A stretch of 47,715 bases of DNA from Verrucomicrobiales bacterium (GTDB taxonomy: Bacteria > Verrucomicrobiota > Verrucomicrobiia > Verrucomicrobiales > V1-33): NCBI GenBank assembly GCA_031411295.1, contig JANOAV010000074.1, forward strand, positions 1 through 47,715, in the 5' to 3' direction. Both the position numbers and the translations under genes were made by a program. Below are positions 27,871-36,894 of the stretch, in pieces; position 1 is the stretch's first letter; each line of letters starts with the position of its first letter. The notes under the pieces were generated by a model. That model had not been told where the DNA came from. It worked only from the letters and a program-made list of their open reading frames with translations, and made no database searches.

Positions 27871-29685
27871 TTACTTCACCCACTTTAATAGATAGTAATG
27901 CACCCGCCCGCTTTCTTGGGGTCCGATGACGACCCCGGCCTGCCCTTCATAGAGGCTCAGCGCCACATCCACTCCCGGGAGAACATCGACCGGGGCAACC
28001 TCCGGCAAGGTTCCCAGTTGAAACTTCCAGCCCCTAGTCTGCGGGGCAATAGACTTTCTTGTTAGATCCAGACGATGCGTTGTGGCGCCCTGGTAATCCA
28101 ATGCCAGCCCATCCAGCCCATCATCCGAGTATGCCACAATCGGCGCAGGCTCCGGGGGCGGCAGCAGATTTATCTCACCCGCAATCCGCAAGGATTCCCC
28201 CGAACGCTGGAGGCTGAGTCGCGCCAGACTCTTGGTGGAGGCAGGCATTGAAGCCGGCACTTCCGTCCAATTAGTTAGCGTAGCGTTTTCGGCTGCCGCT
28301 GCCCAAGCTAGTGCAAGTCCTGAGGAAAGTTGACTCGCCTCAGGCGTGGTTGGTTGAATCCCAGCGTGATAGACCGCAGCCGTCTTCTGCCAACGGGCTT
28401 CCAACTCCGCCAACTCTGCGGCATTGAGCACGCGCTCTGGATCTTTAGGAGCTTCCGCCAGCGGGAAAGCGAAGTCCAGGACTTGAAAGTTGGACGGGAT
28501 GGCCGCAGGGACACGGAGCCCCGCCAGAATTTCCAGTTGGCGCAATCCCTTCGGAGTGTTGGTGACCTTGGCCTGGCGCGGGGACGCAACCACCAACCCT
28601 GCATCCGGCACCTCAGGCACGATGAAACCCTCTGTCAATTGTGCCTCCTCATACTTGCTAGGGATGCTGAACGTCACCTGCGGCAGCACCTCCGTCAACT
28701 CCGCCACACTGGCCCCTTCCGGCCAATCGATCCCGCAGGACATGAGCTTTAGTTTGATTGCCTCATCGGGGTTTGCTGCTCGGGTTTCTCCCACTACAAG
28801 ATCAAGATCTGTCCACAAAAAATGATCCATCGCTACCCCCTGCGCTGCAGCCACCACGTTCACCGGCCCCGAGCCATTGCCGAAGCTCTCGGCCAGCGTA
28901 ATGTTTCTCGTTTCCAGACCGGAACTGGATTCCCGCATCGGAGTCAGCACGATTTTGTCCGTCTCCACCACCACTTCACAGCCCGCCAAGGCCGCAATGC
29001 CCTGCACCTGCGTGAGCAAGGAGGCAGCCCCGCAACTGAGATGCAACGATTTCTGCTCCAACGCTTGCCGCACCAGCAAATCCTTGGCCCGAATCTCCCA
29101 GCCCAAGCGTTGATGTTTATTCAAATGGTTATGCAACGGGAACTCGTGCTCCACTAACTGCGCGACCCAAGCGGCCAGCGTTTGTTCCTTGGCTGGTTGC
29201 GCATCCACATAATATTCCCGCAACCACGCCTCCAAGTCCCGATCCTCTGTCTGCACCGCCGGACTGCCCCCGCTGGAGGCCACTCCCGACTGCACTTGCA
29301 CCCGTGGCCCCTGACGCTTGGTTCCGGCTACTTGGGATGCGCCATGCCACACACCCACGATGCCCCAGAGCAGCAATCCACCCACCAGAACGGCCGCCAC
29401 CTGTCGCCAGTAGGGAAATGGTCCGCGCACCACTGACGTGGTCACTGGCGGCACTACCGTAAGGGCAGTCGGTTCAGGTTGTAGCACGCTGAGGAGCGAA
29501 CCCTGGAACGCCTCCGTCCGCTGCGCCCGGTATATTTCCCCCAGCAGCGCATCCAGCTTCGCCTCCGCCACAAATTGATCTGCCAAGGCTGGATCCGAGG
29601 CCAGTTGCGTGGCCAGGGCCTGTTCGTCCTCGGCATTGGCATGGCCGGAAAAATAAGCGTCAAATTGAGTGGAGTTTGGTTTCAT
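27871..29685 (-). CDS. Putative anti-sigma factor with a large extracytoplasmic domain
   Basis: 17 bp downstream of the ECF sigma; N-terminal anti-sigma-like helices (YFSG...LATQLASDP...FVAEAKLD), one TM, long C-terminal region. Confidence 0.6.
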   Translation of the reverse strand: MKPNSTQFDAYFSGHANAEDEQALATQLASDPALADQFVAEAKLDALLGEIYRAQRTEAFQGSLLSVLQPEPTALTVVPPVTTSVVRGPFPYWRQVAAVLVGGLLLWGIVGVWHGASQVAGTKRQGPRVQVQSGVASSGGSPAVQTEDRDLEAWLREYYVDAQPAKEQTLAAWVAQLVEHEFPLHNHLNKHQRLGWEIRAKDLLVRQALEQKSLHLSCGAASLLTQVQGIAALAGCEVVVETDKIVLTPMRESSSGLETRNITLAESFGNGSGPVNVVAAAQGVAMDHFLWTDLDLVVGETRAANPDEAIKLKLMSCGIDWPEGASVAELTEVLPQVTFSIPSKYEEAQLTEGFIVPEVPDAGLVVASPRQAKVTNTPKGLRQLEILAGLRVPAAIPSNFQVLDFAFPLAEAPKDPERVLNAAELAELEARWQKTAAVYHAGIQPTTPEASQLSSGLALAWAAAAENATLTNWTEVPASMPASTKSLARLSLQRSGESLRIAGEINLLPPPEPAPIVAYSDDGLDGLALDYQGATTHRLDLTRKSIAPQTRGWKFQLGTLPEVAPVDVLPGVDVALSLYEGQAGVVIGPQESGRVHYYLLKWVK

Positions 29686-29702
29686 GAGTTGATGAGCAAA
29701 CG

Positions 29703-30221
29703 TTAAATTTCACTGGTGAGCCGCCGACGCACACAATCCGCCAAGGCCGTGCGCAAGCGGGACAGCAGTTGGTGCACGGCATCCACCGTGGTGCCGAGGC
29801 GACTCGCGATCACGCCTGCGCTCTGACCTTCTTCGTATTTCAGCGCCAGCGCCTTCTGCGCCCGCTCGGGTAATTTCTCCAGGCAAAGGCGCAACGCGGC
29901 TTCCCGCACTGCGGTGTCACCATTGTCCGACCGATCGAACGCCTCCCGCACTGCATCCACCGCCTCGGGCGGCAACGAAACCGGCCGTCGCGCTTCGGCC
30001 CGCCAGCTTTGTTTGATCTTATTACTCGCCACGCCCCGAGCCCAGGCTCCGAAGGATCGGGCGGCATCGAACGCCTCGAAGGATTGCCAGAGAGTCAATG
30101 CCGTTTCCTGAAAGATATCCTCCCGCGCTTGGCCATCCCGCACCAGCGAACCGATGAACGCCCGCAGATCCCGCTCTTGTGCGAGGAACAGTTTGAGAAA
30201 ATCAGTAGGATGTTCGGACAT
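29703..30221 (-). CDS. ECF sigma factor (Rhodopirellula/Verrucomicrobium-type)
   Basis: FLKLF...LRAFI.SLV.D..AREDIFQET..LW..F..FD..RSFGAWARG; LSRLRTALADCV. Confidence 0.9.
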   Translation of the reverse strand: MSEHPTDFLKLFLAQERDLRAFIGSLVRDGQAREDIFQETALTLWQSFEAFDAARSFGAWARGVASNKIKQSWRAEARRPVSLPPEAVDAVREAFDRSDNGDTAVREAALRLCLEKLPERAQKALALKYEEGQSAGVIASRLGTTVDAVHQLLSRLRTALADCVRRRLTSEI

Positions 30222-30349
30222 GGTGATTGGGTGGTGATACTACTCTTTCACCACCAAGCCCGAAAGCTGACAAAAAACTTCAGAAAAAAAGCGTGGAGCG
30301 GGGGTGGTCAACGAAGCGAAACGGCTGCCTCCGGAAATTCAGGTGGTTA

Positions 30350-30450
30350 TGTCCCCGGCAGGGGACACAGAAATTAGCCGGGGATCGAGCGCAGCGACAT
30401 CCCCGGTAAGCGCCACCAAATGATCGCATCCCGGCAGGGATGCCAGAAAC
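30350..30450. repeat. Triple-hairpin REP/MITE-like element
   Basis: TGTCCCC-GGCA-GGGGACA (30350-30367), CCGGGGAT..ATCCCCGG (30378-30406), GCATCCC-GGCA-GGGATGC (30426-30443); hairpins 1 and 3 are both followed by CAGAAA. Confidence 0.7.
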
Positions 30451-30510
30451 CGAACACGCTGAGAACATTGCATGGCGGGTATCCAATCACATTGCCGATC
30501 TGGCACAAAA

Positions 30511-32232
30511 CTACATCCGCTCCGTCGTCCTAATCCCCAGCAGGCCCAGCCCCGCCTTCAGCACCCGGGAAGTCGCCTCGCACAAGGCAATCCGGACATC
30601 GCGAGCCTCGCCTTCGGACTTCAGCACCGGGCAGGCTTCGTAGAAGGAATGGAAGCTAGTGGCCAGTTCATAGAGGTAGGTTGCCAGTTGGCTCGGGCGA
30701 TAATCGTTGAGCACGGCGGGCACGGCTTCGCCAAATTGCGCTAACTTCAGGGTTAGCGCCATTTCCGCAGGTTCCGTCAGGGTGAAACTTCCGGTGAGCC
30801 GAGCGGCCACTCCTTCGAGTTTCCGGAAGATGGAACGGGTGCGGACGTAGCTGTATTGCAAGTAGGGCGCAGTGTTGCCTTGGAAGCTAACCATCTTTTC
30901 CCAACTGAATTTATAGTCCGTTAGGCGATTCTGACTCAGTTCCGCATACTTAATCGCCCCGACGCCCACGGCTTCGGAGATCTCAGCTTTGTCTTCGGTG
31001 GACAGGGCGGCATTCTTTTCTTCCACCAATGTTAGCGCCCGCTCGATGCCTTCCTCCAGCACTTCCCGCAGGCCCACGCTTTCACCTTTGCGCGTCTTGA
31101 ACATTTTTCCGTCAGGCCCCAGAATGCTGCCGAAGGCCACGTGGACGAATTTCTGTTTGTCGTAGCCCCAACGCTTGGCGGCATTAAACAACTGCTGGAA
31201 ATGCAGCGCCTGCGGAGCGCCCACGACATACCAAATCTCGTCCGCGCCCCATTCCTTGACCCGATGCTCAATCGTGGCCAGGTCGGTGGTGGCGTAGAGA
31301 TACCCACCGTCGCTCTTTTGGATCAGCGCTGGTTTATCCTTCAGGGCAGGCACATCATCGAAGAAAATGCACTGCGCGCCATCGCTCTCACGGGCGATGC
31401 CTTTGGCCTTGAGTTCCTCCACCAGACTGGCGAGGCGGTCGTTGTAGAAACTTTCCCCCAAGTGATGATCGAAATGAATATCCAGGCGCTGATAGATTCC
31501 CTCCAAGCCCTGAAGCGACAACTGCACGCAGCGTTTCCAGATCGTCAGGTTCTCGGCATCGCCAGCTTGGAGTTTCACTAACTCCAATTTACAAACATCC
31601 CGCAGCGTGGGTTCCGCCTCCTGAGCGGCATTGACTTGTTTATACAAACGCAGCAGTTCCGCAATGGGATCCGCCTCCAGGGCGGCTTCATCCAGGAAAT
31701 TCTTCCAGCCATACAACACCATGCCGAACTGAGTTCCCCAGTCGCCAATGTGATTGTCCGTGATGACCTTGTGCCCCATCGCTTTCGCGACGCGAGCCAG
31801 TGCATCGCCAATGATCGTGCTCCGAATGTGGCCCACGTGCATTTGCTTCGCCACGTTAGGAGCGGAGAAGTCCACGACAATCGTCTTCGGCTGCGCAGCC
31901 TGCGGCACGCCCAGATGGGAGTCCTGGAGCAAGTCCGTCAAACGTTCCGCCAGCAGATCCGCTTTGATCTTGAAATTCACAAATCCCGGCCCCGCAACCG
32001 TCGGCGTTTCCGACAGCCTGGATACATCCATTTCCTCCACCAATTCCCTCGCCAGCGCCTGCGGACTCATGCGCAGTTGCTTGGCTAGAATCATGGCCGC
32101 GTTCGTTTGATAGTCACCAAAGCGCAAGTCAGCCGCAATCGTAACCTCAGCCGTAAAGCCTTCGGGGAGCGTGATGGAAAGTAAGGGCAGCGCGGCATTG
32201 ACGCGCTGGGAGAGAAGTTCAGGTATGGTCAT
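30511..32232 (-). CDS. argS: Arginine--tRNA ligase
   Basis: GDYQTN, DFSAPNVAKQMHVGHIRST (HIGH), HIGDWGTQFG, GNTAPYLQY, C-terminal ERM. Confidence 0.97.
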   Translation of the reverse strand: MTIPELLSQRVNAALPLLSITLPEGFTAEVTIAADLRFGDYQTNAAMILAKQLRMSPQALARELVEEMDVSRLSETPTVAGPGFVNFKIKADLLAERLTDLLQDSHLGVPQAAQPKTIVVDFSAPNVAKQMHVGHIRSTIIGDALARVAKAMGHKVITDNHIGDWGTQFGMVLYGWKNFLDEAALEADPIAELLRLYKQVNAAQEAEPTLRDVCKLELVKLQAGDAENLTIWKRCVQLSLQGLEGIYQRLDIHFDHHLGESFYNDRLASLVEELKAKGIARESDGAQCIFFDDVPALKDKPALIQKSDGGYLYATTDLATIEHRVKEWGADEIWYVVGAPQALHFQQLFNAAKRWGYDKQKFVHVAFGSILGPDGKMFKTRKGESVGLREVLEEGIERALTLVEEKNAALSTEDKAEISEAVGVGAIKYAELSQNRLTDYKFSWEKMVSFQGNTAPYLQYSYVRTRSIFRKLEGVAARLTGSFTLTEPAEMALTLKLAQFGEAVPAVLNDYRPSQLATYLYELATSFHSFYEACPVLKSEGEARDVRIALCEATSRVLKAGLGLLGIRTTERM

Positions 32233-32240
32233 GGTAAAAT

Positions 32241-32262
32241 GTGGCACGGGCGTCCCGCCCGT
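32241..32262 (+). repeat. REP-like hairpin
   Basis: GTGGC-ACGGGCG-TCC-CGCCCGT. Confidence 0.5.
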
Positions 32263-32425
32263 AAGCCGAAAGGATGGGAAGTGTGGAACTATTTCAGCGC
32301 TTGGCGACGAAGCGCCTCGAGCTGTTGCTTACGCGGAGTCCACCAAGCAATATCAGCGGTGCGTTGGATCGCCTCTTCTGCAAGCAGGAGTTTTGCTTTT
32401 GCTGAGCAGGAATAAGCGCAGGGAA

Positions 32426-32851
32426 TCATGGCGCGGGTGACGGACCAAACAAGGCAAGGAACGCCTCTGGCGTATAAGCCGGAACGGGACTGGAAACAAA
32501 ATCACTAATGTTTCTGGTAATGATAACATCAACCAAATCAGCCTGTGCACAGCAGACTTGAAGTGCATCCTCAAAATCCTTCAGCGAATAGCTCCACGCC
32601 TTAAGTAAATCAAGCTTGCCTACAGTCGGAATAGCTAAGAACTGGACCAGGTCATGCAGCATGTCCCAAGTCTCTTGGTCAGTATGCCCCTTGCGATAGT
32701 AATAGCTTACGGTTGGCAGGGTTTGCCAAGCAACCACGCCTGGGTGAAGTCCCATTTCACACAAATCCAAAATTTGCGTGCTGGTGGCGTTTCCCGTCCG
32801 ACCTGAGAGCAGCACATCGAGCAAGATGTTCGTATCTAGTAGCAACCGCAT
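32426..32851 (-). CDS. PIN-domain (VapC-like) toxin
   Basis: LLLDTNILLD, DFEDALQ, IITRN..DF. Confidence 0.9.
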   Translation of the reverse strand: MRLLLDTNILLDVLLSGRTGNATSTQILDLCEMGLHPGVVAWQTLPTVSYYYRKGHTDQETWDMLHDLVQFLAIPTVGKLDLLKAWSYSLKDFEDALQVCCAQADLVDVIITRNISDFVSSPVPAYTPEAFLALFGPSPAP

Positions 32852-32852
32852 G

Positions 32853-33095
32853 CTACTTCACATGTTTCTGATTAATATGAGTCAGCACAGCGTCGGTGGG
32901 ATCGTTCAATTGGGGCATTGAGTTACCCCATTTTGCTGCAAAGCTCGGCTTGCGCTTGTCAGTTGCTGCGGGTGTTGGAGCAGAACGAGTCACCCGTGTA
33001 ACGATCAAAGTTCCTTTGTGCGAAATAGCATGAAAATCGAATTCCTCGCCTTCCTCAAGCTGGATCTGATCAGGTAATGTTGCGGTCATTGTCAT
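32853..33095 (-). CDS. Putative antitoxin (AbrB/VapB-like)
   Basis: About 80 aa, 1 bp upstream of the PIN gene; LPDQIQLEEGEE resembles an AbrB core. Confidence 0.6.
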   Translation of the reverse strand: MTMTATLPDQIQLEEGEEFDFHAISHKGTLIVTRVTRSAPTPAATDKRKPSFAAKWGNSMPQLNDPTDAVLTHINQKHVK

Positions 33096-33219
33096 GCACT
33101 GAAGAATCGCTCCATCCCAACGAATCGCAAATGAGAAATGCTGATATCGAAGGTTTTGTGAGGGCGACATAAAATCCCCATGCGGAACCAGCGCAGTCCA
33201 ACAAGACGCCTGTCAACGA

Positions 33220-33297
33220 CCAAGACCACGAACCTTGCGATTCGTGGCCTTGGCGGTGATTGGGTTTGATCCAGGGCTTTCAAAGCCCTGCTCCTTG
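33220..33297. repeat. Hairpin plus REP family C copy 2, downstream of the aminotransferase
   Basis: CCAAGACCACGAA..TTCGTGGCCTTGG stem, and CAGGGCTTTCAAAGCCCTGCTCCTTG matching 6395-6421 with compensatory changes. Confidence 0.6.
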
Positions 33298-33299
33298 GC

Positions 33300-34469
33300 T
33301 TAGTAGCTCTGGCAGAATTCGGCAAACCGATCCAGGCCCTTTTTGATAACGTCGAGGCCGCAGGCGTAGCTGAAGCGGACGGTATCGTCGGCTCCGAAGG
33401 CTTTGCCGGGGACGACGGCTACATGGTGACGGCTGAGGAGCTTCTCTGCGAAGTTCATGCTCTTAAGACCGGTCTTGGAAATGTTGACCAGGAAGTAGAA
33501 GGCACCTTCTGGCTCCACCGTGGTAACGTTCGGGATTTCGTTCAGGCGCTTCAGCATATACTGGCGACGCAGGTTGAAGTCTTCGCGCATGTCTTCCACC
33601 ACTTGTTGATCGCCCTTCAGAGCGGCCAGCGCGCCGTATTGGGCGAAGGTGGCGGGAGCGGAAGTGGTGTGGCTTTGAATGGTGTCGATGGCTTCTGCGA
33701 TCTTCTTGTTCGCGGTGGCGGTGTAACCCACACGCCATCCGGTCATGCTGTAAGCTTTGGAGAAGCCGTTGATGACGATGGTCAGTTGCTTGAGTTCCTC
33801 GCTGATGCTGGCGATGCTGGTGTGCTTCGTTTCACCGTAGATCAGCTTTTCGTAGATTTCGTCGGAGAGGATCAGGATGTCCTCGCTGGCGGCCACTTCA
33901 CCCAGCGCGGCCAATTCCTCGGCGGTGTAGATCATGCCGGTGGGGTTGGAGGGGGAGTTGATGATGATCATCTTGGTGGATGGGCTCATGGCGTCCTCGA
34001 ACTCGGCAGGAGACAGTTTCCAACCGTTCTCTTGCTTCGTTTCCACGATGACGGGCGTGGCTCCGGCCAAACGCACCATGTCAGGATAGCTGGTCCAGTA
34101 AGGAGTGGGGATGATGACTTCATCGCCCGGTCCGCAGGTGGCCAGGATGGCGTTGTAACAGGAATGCTTGGCACCACAGTTGACGCTGATGAGGTCGGGC
34201 GTGTAGCTCAGACCGTTGTCGGCCAGGAGCTTGTCGCAGATGGCTTTGCGGAGTTCCAGCAAGCCAGCGCTGGCGGTGTATTTGGTCTTGCCTTCAGCCA
34301 GCGCCTGCACGGCGGCTTCTTTGATGAACTGAGGGGTGTCGTAGTCGGGCTCGCCTGCGCCAAAGCTGCAAACGTCCAGTCCGTCAGCCTTCATTTTGGC
34401 GGCTTGGCTGGTGACGGCTAGGGTGATCGACGGTGAAAGTCCAGAGAGGGTAGCGGAAACGGGGTCCAT
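33300..34469 (-). CDS. aspC: PLP-dependent class I/II aminotransferase (aspartate aminotransferase-like)
   Basis: GAGEPD, NSPSNPTG, SDEIY, PLP lysine motif GFSKAYSMTGWRVGY. Confidence 0.88.
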   Translation of the reverse strand: MDPVSATLSGLSPSITLAVTSQAAKMKADGLDVCSFGAGEPDYDTPQFIKEAAVQALAEGKTKYTASAGLLELRKAICDKLLADNGLSYTPDLISVNCGAKHSCYNAILATCGPGDEVIIPTPYWTSYPDMVRLAGATPVIVETKQENGWKLSPAEFEDAMSPSTKMIIINSPSNPTGMIYTAEELAALGEVAASEDILILSDEIYEKLIYGETKHTSIASISEELKQLTIVINGFSKAYSMTGWRVGYTATANKKIAEAIDTIQSHTTSAPATFAQYGALAALKGDQQVVEDMREDFNLRRQYMLKRLNEIPNVTTVEPEGAFYFLVNISKTGLKSMNFAEKLLSRHHVAVVPGKAFGADDTVRFSYACGLDVIKKGLDRFAEFCQSY

Positions 34470-34638
34470 GTGAATGCAGGTAATCGGTTGTCGTTAATTA
34501 TTGGGGAAAATTGGCAGGGGTCGTAGGAGAGAGAGGATTGCGGCCTTGTCAACTAATCCCGCCCGAAGGAAACGGAAAATTTCACCGTGATAGAACATCC
34601 GCAGACCTGCAATTCACCTGCCGACCAGCCCGTCCGAC

Positions 34639-35106
34639 CTAGGCCACGACCGCCAAGATCCCCCCGAACCCTTGCGGCTTCAGGTTTGCCAGATCATCCC
34701 CCGCAGCCCAGGCTTGGGAAATGGTGCCGTCCAGATAGAGGGCATCGGGACACTGCAATTCGTCCCGGAAGGCCAGGGCGAAATCGTAGAGATTCATTTC
34801 GACTAGGGAGATGGCCAACTCTTGGCCTTCCTCCACGTGCAGTCCCACCGGAGCCGCATCCAGCCCGAAGATCCCGGCATTCATGAGGACCAGCGGAGTT
34901 GCTCCTTGGCTCTTGAGGTGGGCGTGAACGGCGGCCAGGGTGCCGAAGTTCTGCCCAGCGGCATTTTTCCAGAACAAACGAAGTTTCGTTAAGTCCGGTC
35001 CGACGTTGAAGGATCGTAATTTGGACGGAGTGACGGCCCGCCCGCAACCGGGGGCGCAGACGGTAAGCGCGAGTGGCAGGAAGTGACGGCGGGAAATATT
35101 GACCAT
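34639..35106 (-). CDS. YigE/DUF2233 phosphodiester-glycosidase-like Tat lipoprotein, apparently internally deleted
   Basis: SRRHFL Tat motif plus APGC; MNAGIF...PVGLHVEEG joined directly to AIS...NLYDFA..FRD.LQCPDALYLDG.IS. Confidence 0.65.
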   Translation of the reverse strand: MVNISRRHFLPLALTVCAPGCGRAVTPSKLRSFNVGPDLTKLRLFWKNAAGQNFGTLAAVHAHLKSQGATPLVLMNAGIFGLDAAPVGLHVEEGQELAISLVEMNLYDFALAFRDELQCPDALYLDGTISQAWAAGDDLANLKPQGFGGILAVVA

Positions 35107-35127
35107 GGATAAGGCCAGCAAGAGGGT

Positions 35128-35157
35128 AAAAAAAAGTCGGGGCAAGCTGCCCCGACT
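35128..35157 (-). terminator. Rho-independent terminator of the pilB pair
   Basis: Minus strand AGTCGGGGCA-GCT-TGCCCCGACT followed by a run of T. Confidence 0.85.
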
Positions 35158-35173
35158 CCTTTGCTTTTGAGGA

Positions 35174-36835
35174 TTACGTGTATTTCAACACTTCTTCGAT
35201 GGAGGTCGAACCATCATAGATATTGCGCAGACCGTCGTCACGCAGAGTTAGCATACCCAGCTCAATGGCCTTTTGCTTCAGGACGATGGACGGGGCCTTT
35301 TCGGCCACCAGATCGCGCAGCGGGTCGGTCATATCCAGCAGTTCATACAAGCCCTTCCGACCACGGTAACCAGAGCCACCGCATTCATCGCAGCCTGCCC
35401 CCGTGAAGAAGTGCTTGTCGCCAATCTCGTGGGCGGTGAGACCTAACTGGCCGAGAATGGATTCGGAAGGCTCGTAGGGAGTGCGACAGGATTTACAAAT
35501 GGTGCGAAGCAGACGTTGCGCCAGCACTGCCTCCAACGTAGCCGCCAGCAGGAACGGTTCGCAGCCCATGTCGAGCAGACGAGTCACGGCTCCCGGAGCA
35601 TCATTGGTATGCAGGGTGCTGAGCACCAGGTGTCCCGTGAGCGATGCCTGAATGGCGATCTGGGCAGTTTCCTTATCCCGCATTTCCCCAATCATGATCC
35701 GATCGGGGTCTTGCCGCAGGAAGGCTCGTAGCACTTTGGCGAAAGTCACCCCGATGGCTTCATTTACGGGAACCTGTTGAATGCCTTCGATGGAGTATTC
35801 GACGGGGTCTTCGGCAGTGAGCAACTTTGAGTCAATCGTGTTAATTTTCCGCAACGCAGCGTAGAGCGTGGTGGTCTTACCAGCACCAGTCGGACCAGTG
35901 ACGATGAAGATACCATTGGGCTTATTGATGGTATCCATGATGTATTCATAGAGCCATTCGGGCAGCATCAGATTCTCCAGATCAAGATTGACCGAGGAAC
36001 GGTCCAAGACCCGGAGCACCACGCTCTCACCGTGGATCGTTGGCAGCGTAGAAACCCGCATATCAATCCCCTTGCCGGCCACGGTCTTCATAATCCGACC
36101 ATCTTGCGGAATCCGCCGCTCAGCGATGTTCAGGTTCGCCATCACCTTGAGGCGGGAAATGATCGTCGTCGCCAAGTGCGCTGGCGGCGGGGCCATTTCG
36201 ATGAGCGTTCCGTCCACCCGATAACGAATTTTAAATTCGGTCTCGAATGGTTCGAAGTGAATATCCGAAGCCTTGGCCTTGACCGCTTGGAAGAGCACCA
36301 AGTCCACGTAACGAATGATCGGAGCGGCATTGACATCCGCATCAGAAGCTCCGTCCGCGGAGCTAAGGTTGATGTCCTTGAGGATATCTTCCATGCCCTG
36401 ACCATCTTCAGCATAACTGATATTGATCAGTTCTTCAATGCGATCCTCATCAGCCACCAAGGGCACGATGTTACGACCCAGCGCGAAGCGTAAATCTTCG
36501 ATGGTCTGCGGATTGAGCGGGTTCAGCAGCGCCACTTGGAGCCCATCCGCCCCGATATCGACGGGGATACAACCATGCATCCGGGCCAGGTGAGCGGGCA
36601 CCATGTCCAGCAGCGGTTTGGGGGGCTCGAAGCGACGCAGGTCCACGTAATCGGTGCCGAGTTCTTCGGCCATCATGCGGTAAACTTCGTCCTCGGATTG
36701 GATAATGGCGTAATCCACGAGCAATTTTTTCACATCCTTGCCGGTGCTGTTTACTTCCTCCAGGATATCCGCGGCAGTGCCGTCGTCGATCATCCCTCGA
36801 TGCTTAAATAAGTCGGTAATAAATTCTGCGATCAT
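35174..36835 (-). CDS. pilB: GspE/PilB-family assembly ATPase (copy 2)
   Basis: ASDIHFEP, ERRIPQDG, GPTGAGKTTT, EDPVEY, RQDPD.IMIGEMRD, STLHTND, tetracysteine motif. Confidence 0.9.
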   Translation of the reverse strand: MIAEFITDLFKHRGMIDDGTAADILEEVNSTGKDVKKLLVDYAIIQSEDEVYRMMAEELGTDYVDLRRFEPPKPLLDMVPAHLARMHGCIPVDIGADGLQVALLNPLNPQTIEDLRFALGRNIVPLVADEDRIEELINISYAEDGQGMEDILKDINLSSADGASDADVNAAPIIRYVDLVLFQAVKAKASDIHFEPFETEFKIRYRVDGTLIEMAPPPAHLATTIISRLKVMANLNIAERRIPQDGRIMKTVAGKGIDMRVSTLPTIHGESVVLRVLDRSSVNLDLENLMLPEWLYEYIMDTINKPNGIFIVTGPTGAGKTTTLYAALRKINTIDSKLLTAEDPVEYSIEGIQQVPVNEAIGVTFAKVLRAFLRQDPDRIMIGEMRDKETAQIAIQASLTGHLVLSTLHTNDAPGAVTRLLDMGCEPFLLAATLEAVLAQRLLRTICKSCRTPYEPSESILGQLGLTAHEIGDKHFFTGAGCDECGGSGYRGRKGLYELLDMTDPLRDLVAEKAPSIVLKQKAIELGMLTLRDDGLRNIYDGSTSIEEVLKYT

Positions 36836-36894
36836 TTTAGAAATTTGGTTTATGAGTAAAGGAATGCTGGCGTGTCAGTGAATTCCGTTGGCGT

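Noticed and set aside
33423..34421. 332-aa ORF antisense to the aminotransferase
   Set aside because: Shadow ORF produced by the strong codon bias of the sense gene; no recognisable motifs.
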